Assembly: GCA_016930695.1 (NCBI GenBank) | Contig: JAFGGD010000041.1 | Span: 1 to 64,000 of the forward strand | DNA: 64,000 nt | Source: Candidatus Eiseniibacteriota bacterium | GTDB lineage: Bacteria > Orphanbacterota > Orphanbacteria > Orphanbacterales > Orphanbacteraceae | Direction of reading: 5' to 3' | The notes under the pieces: model-generated | What the model saw: the letters and a program-made list of their open reading frames with translations, nothing else | The model's database searches: none | What the model was told of the DNA's origin: nothing | In this document: positions 40,289 through 48,927 of the stretch, piece after piece | How the letters are laid out: each line of letters starts with the position of its first letter | How positions within the stretch are numbered: the first letter of the stretch is position 1 | Made by a program: the position numbers and the translations under genes

Positions 40289-41029
40289 TTGAGGAAGTAT
40301 TGGCTAACGGTCACGGGCGCGTGTTTCGCGGCCCTTTTCGCTTTCCTTTTCGTCGTCGGCTGCGACCTGGACGGCTCCTCCGTCGGCGGACCCACCGCCG
40401 CGGACGATCCGAGCCCGAGCGCCGGCGAGCTTCACAACCGGGTTCTGGAGAAGATCCACGCGGTATGCGATGAGCCGTCGCTTTCCAAAACGGAGAAACT
40501 CACCCGGACCACGGCGGCGGTCGGCGCATTCGCCCTCGAACACGGCATGGAGCCTCCGACGGCGGACGATGTGAATCTTTACATCGAAAGGGGCCGCAAG
40601 ATTGCTCTTCAAGCTCTCGAAGATCCGTCGATTCTCGCCGCCACGGCCTTCACGGGGGAAGATCTCCTCTGGTGGGAGCGTTTCACAGAGGAGGCGTGCT
40701 CCCCGGACGCCCGCGCCGTCTATGAAGAGCACTGCGCGCTCTACGGCGCCCCGCGGAAAGGATCGGTTCTGGATTACGCCGCCGACATCTGGGTCCACTC
40801 CGCCGAATACTGGATCGCGAGACACGCCGACGAGTGGGTATCGGGAGGTATGACGAAGCTGCAGGATGAGCAATCCCGACTTCTTCGATTCGTCGTCATG
40901 GTGGCGGTAGACGGGATCGCCGGAGGAATCAGCGGCGCAAGCGCAGGCCCCGTCGTCGGCGGCATCATCGGGGGCTTGGCGTCCAACGGAGCGGACGACA
41001 TTCTCTTCGGAGACGACGACGAGGTATAG
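40289..41029 (+). CDS. Hypothetical lipoprotein
   Basis: Lipobox FLFVVGCDLDG; 246 aa with a Gly-rich C-terminus. Confidence 0.55.
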   Translation: MRKYWLTVTGACFAALFAFLFVVGCDLDGSSVGGPTAADDPSPSAGELHNRVLEKIHAVCDEPSLSKTEKLTRTTAAVGAFALEHGMEPPTADDVNLYIERGRKIALQALEDPSILAATAFTGEDLLWWERFTEEACSPDARAVYEEHCALYGAPRKGSVLDYAADIWVHSAEYWIARHADEWVSGGMTKLQDEQSRLLRFVVMVAVDGIAGGISGASAGPVVGGIIGGLASNGADDILFGDDDEV

Positions 41030-41038
41030 GAGAGAACG

Positions 41039-41260
41039 ATGACTCAGTTCTTGGTCAACGTGGCGGCGTGTCTGACCGGGCTTCTCCTCGCTCGTTGGAT
41101 GACCGGCCGCAAGGAGGACATCTGGTCCGGCTTTTGGGGGATCTGCGCGGTGATGATGGTGAGCGCGCTCTACACGATGCGGACCTTCTGGCTCCTCCCC
41201 GCCGTCCCGCTCTTTCTCTACCTGTTGTACAGGCGGAGGGGGAACACGGCCGCGGGCTGA
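41039..41260 (+). CDS. Small two-TM membrane protein
   Basis: 73 aa, RBS ggagagaacg, two hydrophobic helices. Confidence 0.35.
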   Translation: MTQFLVNVAACLTGLLLARWMTGRKEDIWSGFWGICAVMMVSALYTMRTFWLLPAVPLFLYLLYRRRGNTAAG

Positions 41261-41302
41261 GGGGGCGCCTTCGGTTCACGCGGCCTTACGCGCCGTAACA
41301 AG

Positions 41303-41345
41303 GGAACCGGATCCCCATGCGATGCGTCGCGGGATCCGGTTCCCT
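41303..41345. terminator. Perfect 14-bp-stem hairpin (gggaaccggatccc ... gggatccggttccc) between convergent genes; candidate bidirectional terminator without a U-tract
   Basis: Read directly; lies between the stop at 41260 (+) and the stop at 41351 (-). Confidence 0.4.
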
Positions 41346-41350
41346 CATCC

Positions 41351-42916
41351 TCAGCGCAGATAGGGGAGCGCCTCGAGGTTCTCGCGCGCCTCGGCGACCG
41401 CGTCGGCGGGAATGTCGCGGGTGATGGAACGCCCGGTGACGCGGAGAGGTGCGCGCTCGTCGATCCCCGGCTCGAAGGGACCCTCCATCGGCCGGCCGTC
41501 CATCTCTTCCGGAATCGGCTCGCCGAGGAGGCGGAGCACCGTCGGCACGAGATCGATCAGCTTCATCCCGCCGGCGACGCCTCCTCTCTTCACGAAAGGA
41601 CCCTGGGCGAGGAAGATCCCCCGCGGCTCGTGGTAAGCGGAAAAGGTGTAGGAAGGCTCGCGAAAGATCCCCTCCCCTTCTTCATAGGGGGATCCGCGGC
41701 CGAAGAAGTAGCCTCTCTCCGGCAGGAAGATCAGATCCGGCGCGTCGTCCATGAGCGGCCCGTTGTAAATCTCTTCCTTCTTGTAGGCGGCTCGCACGAC
41801 CTTCGCGCCGTTCTCCGGGTCCTCGAGGGCGAGCAGTTTGTCGCGGATCTCGTGTAGGAGCGCGTTCCGCGCTTCCGGTTCCACCACGCCCATCGGGAAG
41901 CGTTTCTTGTCGTTCACCGTCATCCGTCCGCCGAGGTGGGTGAAATAGAGCACCCGCGAGCGGACAGGGTTGGGGTCGCAGTACCCCTCTCCCCAGAGCC
42001 ATCGGAGAACCTGCAGCTCCCGGGTCACCGGTCCGAAGCCGTGGTCGGAGATGACGAAGAGAACGGTCCGGTCGTCCATGGCGTCCAGGAACGTTCCGAC
42101 GATCTCGTCCGTGCGGATCCAGAAATCGCGGATCGCCGAGCCGTAACGCTCGCGCAGCTCCGGGTCCACCTCGCGCCCCTCCGGGTCCATGAACTTCCAG
42201 AAGAAGTGCTGCACCTTGTCGGTCCCCATAAAGACGAGCCAGAAGAGCTCCCAATCCTCGTTTTGGAAGAGGTCGAGGGCGATCCGGGCGCGCGCTTCGC
42301 GGGTGGCGTTCAGGTTGACGAGGAATGCGTCTTCGCCGCCGGGGGGGAGATATTCGCCGTAACGGTCGAGCCGCCAACCGAGCAGTTCCGATTCGAGTTC
42401 CGGCGGCCACGTGTAGCCGCTCTGATCCAGATGGGGGAAACCGGAGATCATGATCCCGTCGACCGAATCGGGCGGCGAAGTGACCGGCACGCTGATCACA
42501 ACCGAGCGCCGGCCGCTCTCGGTCATGTATTCCCAGGCCGCTTTCGCCCGCCGGTCGAGAGAGGTCGCGGGCACGGGCAGGAATTTCCGCCGGTCCACCA
42601 ATTCAAAGTCGAAGATGCCGTGCTTGGCGGGGTTCACGCCGGTGATCGCCGACGTCCAGGCGGGAGCGGAAAGGGGCGGAAGCACCGATTCCAAATCGCC
42701 GCGGCATCCCTCGGCGCGGAGACGGGCGAGGTTGGGGAGGATCCCCTCCTCGATCCAAGGATCGAGGATGTCCCATGTGGCGCCGTCCAGCCCGATCACC
42801 GCCACGCGGAGACCGGTGGGGCGGGAGTCGCTCCCGCCGCCGCAACCGGCGAGGAATACCGCGGTGATCGCCGTCGCGATGATCCGAACCGAAAACCGAA
42901 GGGCGGTATGTGGCAT
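41351..42916 (-). CDS. Type I phosphodiesterase/nucleotide pyrophosphatase family (PF01663, alkaline phosphatase superfamily) lipoprotein
   Basis: RVAVIGLDGATWDIL, nucleophile block PLSAPAWTSAITGVNPAKHGIFDF, FVISDHGF. Lipobox AVFLAGCGG. Confidence 0.85.
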   Translation of the reverse strand: MPHTALRFSVRIIATAITAVFLAGCGGGSDSRPTGLRVAVIGLDGATWDILDPWIEEGILPNLARLRAEGCRGDLESVLPPLSAPAWTSAITGVNPAKHGIFDFELVDRRKFLPVPATSLDRRAKAAWEYMTESGRRSVVISVPVTSPPDSVDGIMISGFPHLDQSGYTWPPELESELLGWRLDRYGEYLPPGGEDAFLVNLNATREARARIALDLFQNEDWELFWLVFMGTDKVQHFFWKFMDPEGREVDPELRERYGSAIRDFWIRTDEIVGTFLDAMDDRTVLFVISDHGFGPVTRELQVLRWLWGEGYCDPNPVRSRVLYFTHLGGRMTVNDKKRFPMGVVEPEARNALLHEIRDKLLALEDPENGAKVVRAAYKKEEIYNGPLMDDAPDLIFLPERGYFFGRGSPYEEGEGIFREPSYTFSAYHEPRGIFLAQGPFVKRGGVAGGMKLIDLVPTVLRLLGEPIPEEMDGRPMEGPFEPGIDERAPLRVTGRSITRDIPADAVAEARENLEALPYLR

Positions 42917-43036
42917 GCGGTTCTTTTCCCTTTCGCTCGGAGGGCGCGATCGCCCGCGGTTTGGCGCGCCTATCTTTTGGAAAGATAGTCCATTCCGCTC
43001 CTCCGGTCGAGAGGCGGCATGGCTCATCCCGGATCC

Positions 43037-45190
43037 CTAACGGCCGACGGCCAGGCGTTGCCGGAGGGGAGAAACACCGGACGGCCATTCCCCCTTCCCC
43101 ACGTTGGTCTCCCCCTCGAAGACGAGGTAACCGTAACGGCCGTAGTGGGGCGTCTTCCTCCCCACCGCCTGGATCGACCCCGCATCGCCCGGGAGGAAAA
43201 GGGACCAGGTGAGATCCCGGTTCTCCGGGTGGACCAGGGTGAGGACGAAGCCGCGTCCCTCCCGCCCGAAGCGCCCGCCGGGGAGTACGATCGAGTCGGC
43301 CGAGACGGCGCACCCCTCGGGGAGTCCCCCCAGAAAGCGGTCCGTGTACGCCGTCTCCCCGAGCAGCCAGACCGTCCGCCGCGCCAGGAGGTCCGCCGGA
43401 GCCTCGCCCCGCACGATCCGGGCGCCGCTCCTCTCCGCCCAGCCGCGCGCAAGATCCTCCAACGCCTCGCCCGACTCCGAACCGCCCTCCGCCGGGAGAA
43501 CGATCAGGGTCGAGTCGCCTCCCAGGGTGCCGGAAAGGGCGGGCGGGATCTCCTCCCGGTGAAGCCTCCGGAAGATATCGAAGCCGGGATCCACGGCGAC
43601 CACCGCCGGCCGTCCGCGCCCCTTCCACTCGAATGATTTCTCGCGGTCCTCCAGATAAACGATCACCGTGTCCTGTCCGGCGTCCGTCTCGATCACCACC
43701 GGAACATCGATCCGCCAGGGCGTTCCCTCCTGAACCAACCGTCCCTTCACCTCGAAACGGTCGTCCCCCGCCGACCCGGCCTTCACCTTCTCCATGCGGA
43801 GGGAGGGCGCGCCGGTCCGCGTGGTCCACTGACGGAAAAAGCCCTCCAGATCCTCACCGCTCGCCGCCTCGAAGGCGGCGCGAAGATGCCCCCAATCGGA
43901 AAAGAGGAACTTCCGTTCCGCGTAGAAACGGCGGAGTCCCGTCCGAAACGCCTCGTCGCCGATCTCCTTCCGGAGCATGTGAAAGACCATGGTCGCCTTG
44001 GAGTAGCCCACCGCCTGAGTGGAAGCATTGTGGCGCCCGCGGAAATCGACGAGGGGGAAGTCCTCGGCGCCGCTCACGTAATCCTGAAACTTCTGCAGCT
44101 CGCCGCGCCGGTAGGCGGCCGCTTCTTCCGGCCCCTTGTCTTCCTGATAGGCGTAGTCGGCGCCGTAGGCGGTGAGCCCCTCGCACCAGTTGCCCTTCTC
44201 CCAATCCACCCAGACGCCGTTCCCCCACCAGTTGTGAAGGATCTCGTGTCCATAAGACGTGAATGGGATATGGGGGAGGCGGATCACCCGGTCGCCGAGA
44301 AGCGTGAAAGAGGGCATCCCATACCCGGTCTGCCAGAAATTCTCCACCAGCGCGAACTTGGGATAGGCGTAGGGGCCGTATTGGCGGCTGTAGCGTTCGA
44401 GATAATTCCGGGTCGCGGCGGTGTAGGTTTGGTGGAGTCGTTCCGCGTCCTCGGCGTCGTAGAGAAAGGTTTGGATCTTTATGTTTTCGAAATCGGACTC
44501 GCGGAGATGGTAGGGGCCGGCGACGAGGTAGGCTTCCTCCATCGGGACATCGCTCGACCATCGGGAGACAAGGCGACTTCCCCGCTCGAAACGCCCATCC
44601 AGCTTCCCTTGGGACACCGTCTCCCAACCCCGAGGCACCGTCGTCTCGAGCCGGAATGTGAAGCGGTCCCCCGGCACCGTCGGCAGCCAGACCGTGGAGC
44701 CGCCGAGGAAGGCGCCCCGCGTCTCGATGATGCCGCTGGTGGTCGCGAAGGAGCGGGCGTAGGCGTCCCCGGGCGCTTGCAGCGAGTCGAGGATACGACC
44801 GGAGTAGACGACGGTCAGGTCCGCCGTTCCTCCGCCCGATCGAGGGACGTTCACCTCGACCACCCGCGCGTTCTCCCAGGTCTCCCCCTCCGAGCCCTCG
44901 GCCACCTCCCAAAAAGAAGGATCGTTCTCACTCCGCCGCCATTGCAGTTCCCGCTCGCCGAGAGCGATTCGGTCGATCTTGAGATTCTCGTTGAGAAGAA
45001 AACGAAACACGCTCGTTTCGATCTCCACGACGCTGATCCGATCGGTCACGCGGATCGTCGACGCGCCCGGTTCGAGCTCGGCGCGGATCACGTGTTCGGT
45101 GATGTGGGGCACGGCGGCCGCGGCGAGGGGAGGACGCGCCGCGAGGAGCGTGAGAAAGGCGAGGGACGCGAGAAAAGCGCGTGCGCGCAT
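43037..45190 (-). CDS. Secreted M1 family aminopeptidase (aminopeptidase N-like)
   Basis: HEILHNWWGNGV (HExxH) with a downstream Glu, GAMEN-like region, and signal peptide MRARAFLASLAFLTLLAA. Confidence 0.9.
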   Translation of the reverse strand: MRARAFLASLAFLTLLAARPPLAAAAVPHITEHVIRAELEPGASTIRVTDRISVVEIETSVFRFLLNENLKIDRIALGERELQWRRSENDPSFWEVAEGSEGETWENARVVEVNVPRSGGGTADLTVVYSGRILDSLQAPGDAYARSFATTSGIIETRGAFLGGSTVWLPTVPGDRFTFRLETTVPRGWETVSQGKLDGRFERGSRLVSRWSSDVPMEEAYLVAGPYHLRESDFENIKIQTFLYDAEDAERLHQTYTAATRNYLERYSRQYGPYAYPKFALVENFWQTGYGMPSFTLLGDRVIRLPHIPFTSYGHEILHNWWGNGVWVDWEKGNWCEGLTAYGADYAYQEDKGPEEAAAYRRGELQKFQDYVSGAEDFPLVDFRGRHNASTQAVGYSKATMVFHMLRKEIGDEAFRTGLRRFYAERKFLFSDWGHLRAAFEAASGEDLEGFFRQWTTRTGAPSLRMEKVKAGSAGDDRFEVKGRLVQEGTPWRIDVPVVIETDAGQDTVIVYLEDREKSFEWKGRGRPAVVAVDPGFDIFRRLHREEIPPALSGTLGGDSTLIVLPAEGGSESGEALEDLARGWAERSGARIVRGEAPADLLARRTVWLLGETAYTDRFLGGLPEGCAVSADSIVLPGGRFGREGRGFVLTLVHPENRDLTWSLFLPGDAGSIQAVGRKTPHYGRYGYLVFEGETNVGKGEWPSGVSPLRQRLAVGR

Positions 45191-45205
45191 GAAACCGGTC
45201 TCCTT

Positions 45206-46111
45206 TCAGAGGTCGGGTGTTTCGCCGGCGGCGTGGGCGTTTCCGAGCCACGAAGCCCAGGCGCAATCAAACCAACAGGCGAGCGTTTTCCAACGCCCCC
45301 AGGGAGCGTAGCGTCGCTCGATCGCCCGGTCGGTGACGGGGCGGGAACGAAAATGAACGTCCGAAACGGTCTTTCGGATCCAGGAATCCAGAATGAGGCG
45401 ATCGTACCGGCCGAGCGAGACGAGAAGAGTGCTCACCGCGTAAGGCCCGAAACCGCGGATCGAGGCGAGCGACGCCGCGAGTTCCTCAGTGCCCCGGGGC
45501 GGATCGGCGAACCCGTCGAGATCGAGATCGCCGCCGCGCACCGCCGCGGCGAGGGCGTACAGATAGGGAGCCCGGTAACCGAGCCCGCATTGTTCACGGA
45601 GACCTTTTTCGCCGAGACGAACGACGGCGCTCGGGTTCGGGAAGAGGCGAGGCGCCGCCGAGCCCCCTCGCCAGGGGCGCACCGGGGCGCCCGCCCGATC
45701 GATCAGGTTCCGGACCATCCTCTTCGTTCCGGACCAGCTGACGTTCGTCGTCAGAAGCACCTTGGCGAACTCCTCGAAGAGGGTCGGCGCGCGGAGGAAC
45801 GGGCCGAGCCCCTCACGGACCACGAAATCCAGCTCACCCCTCTCGGCGGCGAGGCGGTGAAAGGGAGCGAAGTCGTCGTCGAGACGGAACACCCATCGGA
45901 GAATCGCCCGCGCCTCGCGTCTCGCCGCCGGGCCGACCGGCGCGCCGCCGATCTGCGCCGCCCGCAGGGCCTGCCCTTCGCTCCGGTCGCGCCGGCTGGT
46001 TACGCGGAAGGCGACCGGCTCCCCTTCGGCGCGGAAGGCGACATCCAGCGCGCGACGCCCGTCGTCCCAGCGGAAAGGGGGGAGCGCGTACCAGCCGTGG
46101 GAGAGCACCAT
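45206..46111 (-). CDS. HhH-GPD DNA glycosylase (AlkA/3-methyladenine glycosylase II-like)
   Basis: HhH element IRGFGPYAVSTLLV followed by a catalytic Asp (LILDSW). Start chosen at MVLSHGWYALPPF; the exact start is uncertain. Confidence 0.7.
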   Translation of the reverse strand: MVLSHGWYALPPFRWDDGRRALDVAFRAEGEPVAFRVTSRRDRSEGQALRAAQIGGAPVGPAARREARAILRWVFRLDDDFAPFHRLAAERGELDFVVREGLGPFLRAPTLFEEFAKVLLTTNVSWSGTKRMVRNLIDRAGAPVRPWRGGSAAPRLFPNPSAVVRLGEKGLREQCGLGYRAPYLYALAAAVRGGDLDLDGFADPPRGTEELAASLASIRGFGPYAVSTLLVSLGRYDRLILDSWIRKTVSDVHFRSRPVTDRAIERRYAPWGRWKTLACWFDCAWASWLGNAHAAGETPDL

Positions 46112-46413
46112 CAGCCGGAAACGAAAGGGACGACGAACGGCGAGCGCGATCTCCGCCGCCGGCGCACCCCGCCTTCCCTCCGATCCGCCCAATTCACTCT
46201 CTTTCTCAACGGGAATCGACAATCCGTTTTCCCCGGGTGGAATATCGGGAGGACTTTTTGCCCATTTCTCACACCGGCCCGGCGGACCGGGGTCCCGTCG
46301 GATTATAGGAAGGGGAGCGGAAGGCGGCAAGGAGGGTGAGAGGCTCGCGCGCGGGGCGGCCGTCGTGTACCATGAACGCGCACGAGCGGCGGCATGACGC
46401 GGGCGGAGGAGCG

Positions 46414-47463
46414 ATGCGGATCCAAACCTTCCTTCTTTTGTCGGCGGCGCTCCTCGCGTCGCCCGCGAGCGGCGGCGAAGGCGCGCTCCTTTACGACCGC
46501 GCGGAGGGGGGCGCGCAGGGATGGGCCACCCCGACCGGCCGTCTCCTCCCCGGCCCGGCGGGGCTCGAACTCCGAATCGCGGACCCGGTTTCCTCCTTCC
46601 TCAGCCCGGGCGGCCTCGCGGTCGACGCCGGCCGCGTCGATCGCGTCGAGATCGACCTCCGCGTCGAACCGCCCGGAACCGGCGCGTTCCTCTACTGGAC
46701 GGACGACGCGGAGAACGGTTTCGTCCCCCAATGGCGCGTCCCGATCCCCGAAGGCCGTTCCGTGACCCGCCTCTCCGGCAGTCCCTTCTGGCGCGGAAGC
46801 ATCGACCGTTTCCTCCTCGCGCCGGAGCCGGGGGCGACCCGGGTGGTCCTCTCGCGCTTCGAAACGCGCGGCCCGCGCGGCGCCGGAGAACGATCCGCCC
46901 GGCTCTGGCGCCGATTTTGGGAGACGGAACTGCGCGCGCAATACTCCGTGAACGGGATCCTCGGGGCGCGCGTCGGGCCCCTCCCTTTCCCTCTTCTCGT
47001 CGGCGTCCTCTCCCTTCTCATCCCGCTCCTCCTCGGCATGCGCGGCGGGAAAAAGGGACGTGGGGAACGGATCCGCCGCGGGGTTCGCGCCGGTCTTTTC
47101 GCGGGCGCCTTCCTTCTGGCGCTCCGGAGCGGCGCGGACATGATTCAGACGTGGCGCGTGGACGACGCTTTCTACGCCGGGAAGAGCCTGAGCCGAAAAA
47201 TGGAGGCGGCGAATCCGCCCGGTTTCTGGCGGCTCCTCCGAGAGAGCAAGGACTGGATCCCTCCCGGCGAGAGGGTGGAGGTGCGCGCCGAGCGCCCCTA
47301 CCCGTATGAGAAGGCCGCCTTCTATCTCTACCCGCGCCGCACGGCGGACGGCGCCCGCTATGTCGTTTCCTACCGCGCGCCGGCGCCGCCCGACTCCAAT
47401 GCCTGTGAGGAGATCCTGCGCATCGAGGGGACGGGAACGCTCTACCGGAGGATGGAGAGATGA
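46414..47463 (+). CDS. Hypothetical exported/membrane protein
   Basis: Signal peptide MRIQTFLLLSAALLASPASG, GGAGGA RBS, an internal TM stretch. Its stop overlaps the next start (atga). Confidence 0.55.
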   Translation: MRIQTFLLLSAALLASPASGGEGALLYDRAEGGAQGWATPTGRLLPGPAGLELRIADPVSSFLSPGGLAVDAGRVDRVEIDLRVEPPGTGAFLYWTDDAENGFVPQWRVPIPEGRSVTRLSGSPFWRGSIDRFLLAPEPGATRVVLSRFETRGPRGAGERSARLWRRFWETELRAQYSVNGILGARVGPLPFPLLVGVLSLLIPLLLGMRGGKKGRGERIRRGVRAGLFAGAFLLALRSGADMIQTWRVDDAFYAGKSLSRKMEAANPPGFWRLLRESKDWIPPGERVEVRAERPYPYEKAAFYLYPRRTADGARYVVSYRAPAPPDSNACEEILRIEGTGTLYRRMER

Positions 47464-48797
47464 AGGGGGGGCTCGCCGCGGCGATTACGATCGTGCTGAT
47501 GCTCGCCTCCGGCGAGGGGCTCCTCCTGCTCGTGGGCGGAAGGCGCGCCGCCGGAGGGATCGCCGCCCGCCTCGCCGCGGCATTCGGGCTCGGCGTCGCC
47601 CTCATCGCCACATGGTCTCTCCTCCTCGCCATCGCGGGCGCGCACGCCTCTTCCCTCCTCCTCGCCGCGCCGGTCCTTCTCTATCCCGCCGGCCGCCTCC
47701 GCGCCGGAGGCTCCGGCGCCGCGCTTCGGATCGCCGTCCCCCGCATCCGCCCCGGAGCCGCCGCCGCGGCCGCCTACGCCCTGGTCGCCGTCCACGTGGT
47801 CTACGTCTTCCGCCACGCCCTCCTCCGGCCGATCCACGGCTGGGACGCCTGGAGGATCTGGTCCTTTCGGGCTAAAGTGATCGCCGCGGAAGGAGGATTT
47901 CCGGCCGACTTCTTCGCCGGCGACTGGGCCGGCTTCCCCGGCTACCCGCTCGGCATCCCCTTCGTCGAGGCGTTCATCGCCCGTGCGATCGGCTACTGGC
48001 ACGAACCGATGATCAAGTCGATCTTTCCCCTCTTCTACGTCGGCGTGGTCGCTCTCGCGGCGGTCCTCCTACGCGCATCCGCCGGGCGCCGCGCCGTCCC
48101 GGCCGGCATCGCGGTGATCGCATCCATGCCCCTTCTGGTTCATCACGGCACCGTGGCGTACATGGACCTTCCCCTCGCCTTCTTCCTTCTCGCCGCCGCG
48201 ACCCATCTGGTCCTCTGGGAGAAAGAGGGGCGCGAGGCGAACCTGCTCATCGCGGCGGCGCACGCCGGCTTCCTGGCGCAGGTGAAAAACGAAGGGCTTC
48301 CCCTCCTCCTCCTCGTCACGGCGGTCTACCTGTGGCGGGCGCGGCGCGCGGGAACGCTCCGCCGGACCTGGCCGCGCTGGTTCGCGCCGCTTCTTTTCTT
48401 CTCCCTCCCCTGGCTCCTCTTCAAGTACGGCGCCGGCGTCCCCGAATCGCCTTACCATCTCTTCGCGCCCCCCGGCCCGGCGGCGCTCGCCGGCCGGCTC
48501 CTCGACTTCATCCGTCTCACCCTCGCGGGCCTCTTCTTGAACGGGAGCTGGGGGATAGCCCCCTTCGCCCTCCTTCCGCTCCTCGTGCCCGGCGCGCGGG
48601 GGCGGGCGGGGACGCCGGCACTCCTCTTCGGCGGCGGACTCCTCCTCTTCGGCGCCGCCTATTGTCTCACCGGCAGCCACGACTTTCTGATGAACGGCAC
48701 CGCCCTCGGGCGCAACCTCCTCGTCCTGATGCCCCTCGGCGCGGCCGCGGGGGTCGCCTCTCTTTTCCCGGAACCCTCCGGCGGGCCGCGAGTCTGA
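47460..48797 (+). CDS. Polytopic membrane protein (~10-12 TM), possibly a GT-C type glycosyl/arabinosyltransferase
   Basis: Hydrophobicity pattern only; no definitive motif. Confidence 0.55.
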   Translation: MKGGLAAAITIVLMLASGEGLLLLVGGRRAAGGIAARLAAAFGLGVALIATWSLLLAIAGAHASSLLLAAPVLLYPAGRLRAGGSGAALRIAVPRIRPGAAAAAAYALVAVHVVYVFRHALLRPIHGWDAWRIWSFRAKVIAAEGGFPADFFAGDWAGFPGYPLGIPFVEAFIARAIGYWHEPMIKSIFPLFYVGVVALAAVLLRASAGRRAVPAGIAVIASMPLLVHHGTVAYMDLPLAFFLLAAATHLVLWEKEGREANLLIAAAHAGFLAQVKNEGLPLLLLVTAVYLWRARRAGTLRRTWPRWFAPLLFFSLPWLLFKYGAGVPESPYHLFAPPGPAALAGRLLDFIRLTLAGLFLNGSWGIAPFALLPLLVPGARGRAGTPALLFGGGLLLFGAAYCLTGSHDFLMNGTALGRNLLVLMPLGAAAGVASLFPEPSGGPRV

Positions 48798-48927
48798 TCG
48801 GGCCATACCCTTCCTGGTCCCCTCCGCGCGGGTCTGTTAAAATGGATTTTCCCCGCCCGAGGAGAGGGGTTTTTCCTATGTTTTCCACACGAGCGGCGAA
48901 CCATAGAAACGACGACCGGGAGTGAAC

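Noticed and set aside
43886-46339. 817-aa plus-strand ORF
   Set aside because: Antisense to both the M1 aminopeptidase and the glycosylase genes. Arg/Gly/Pro-rich.
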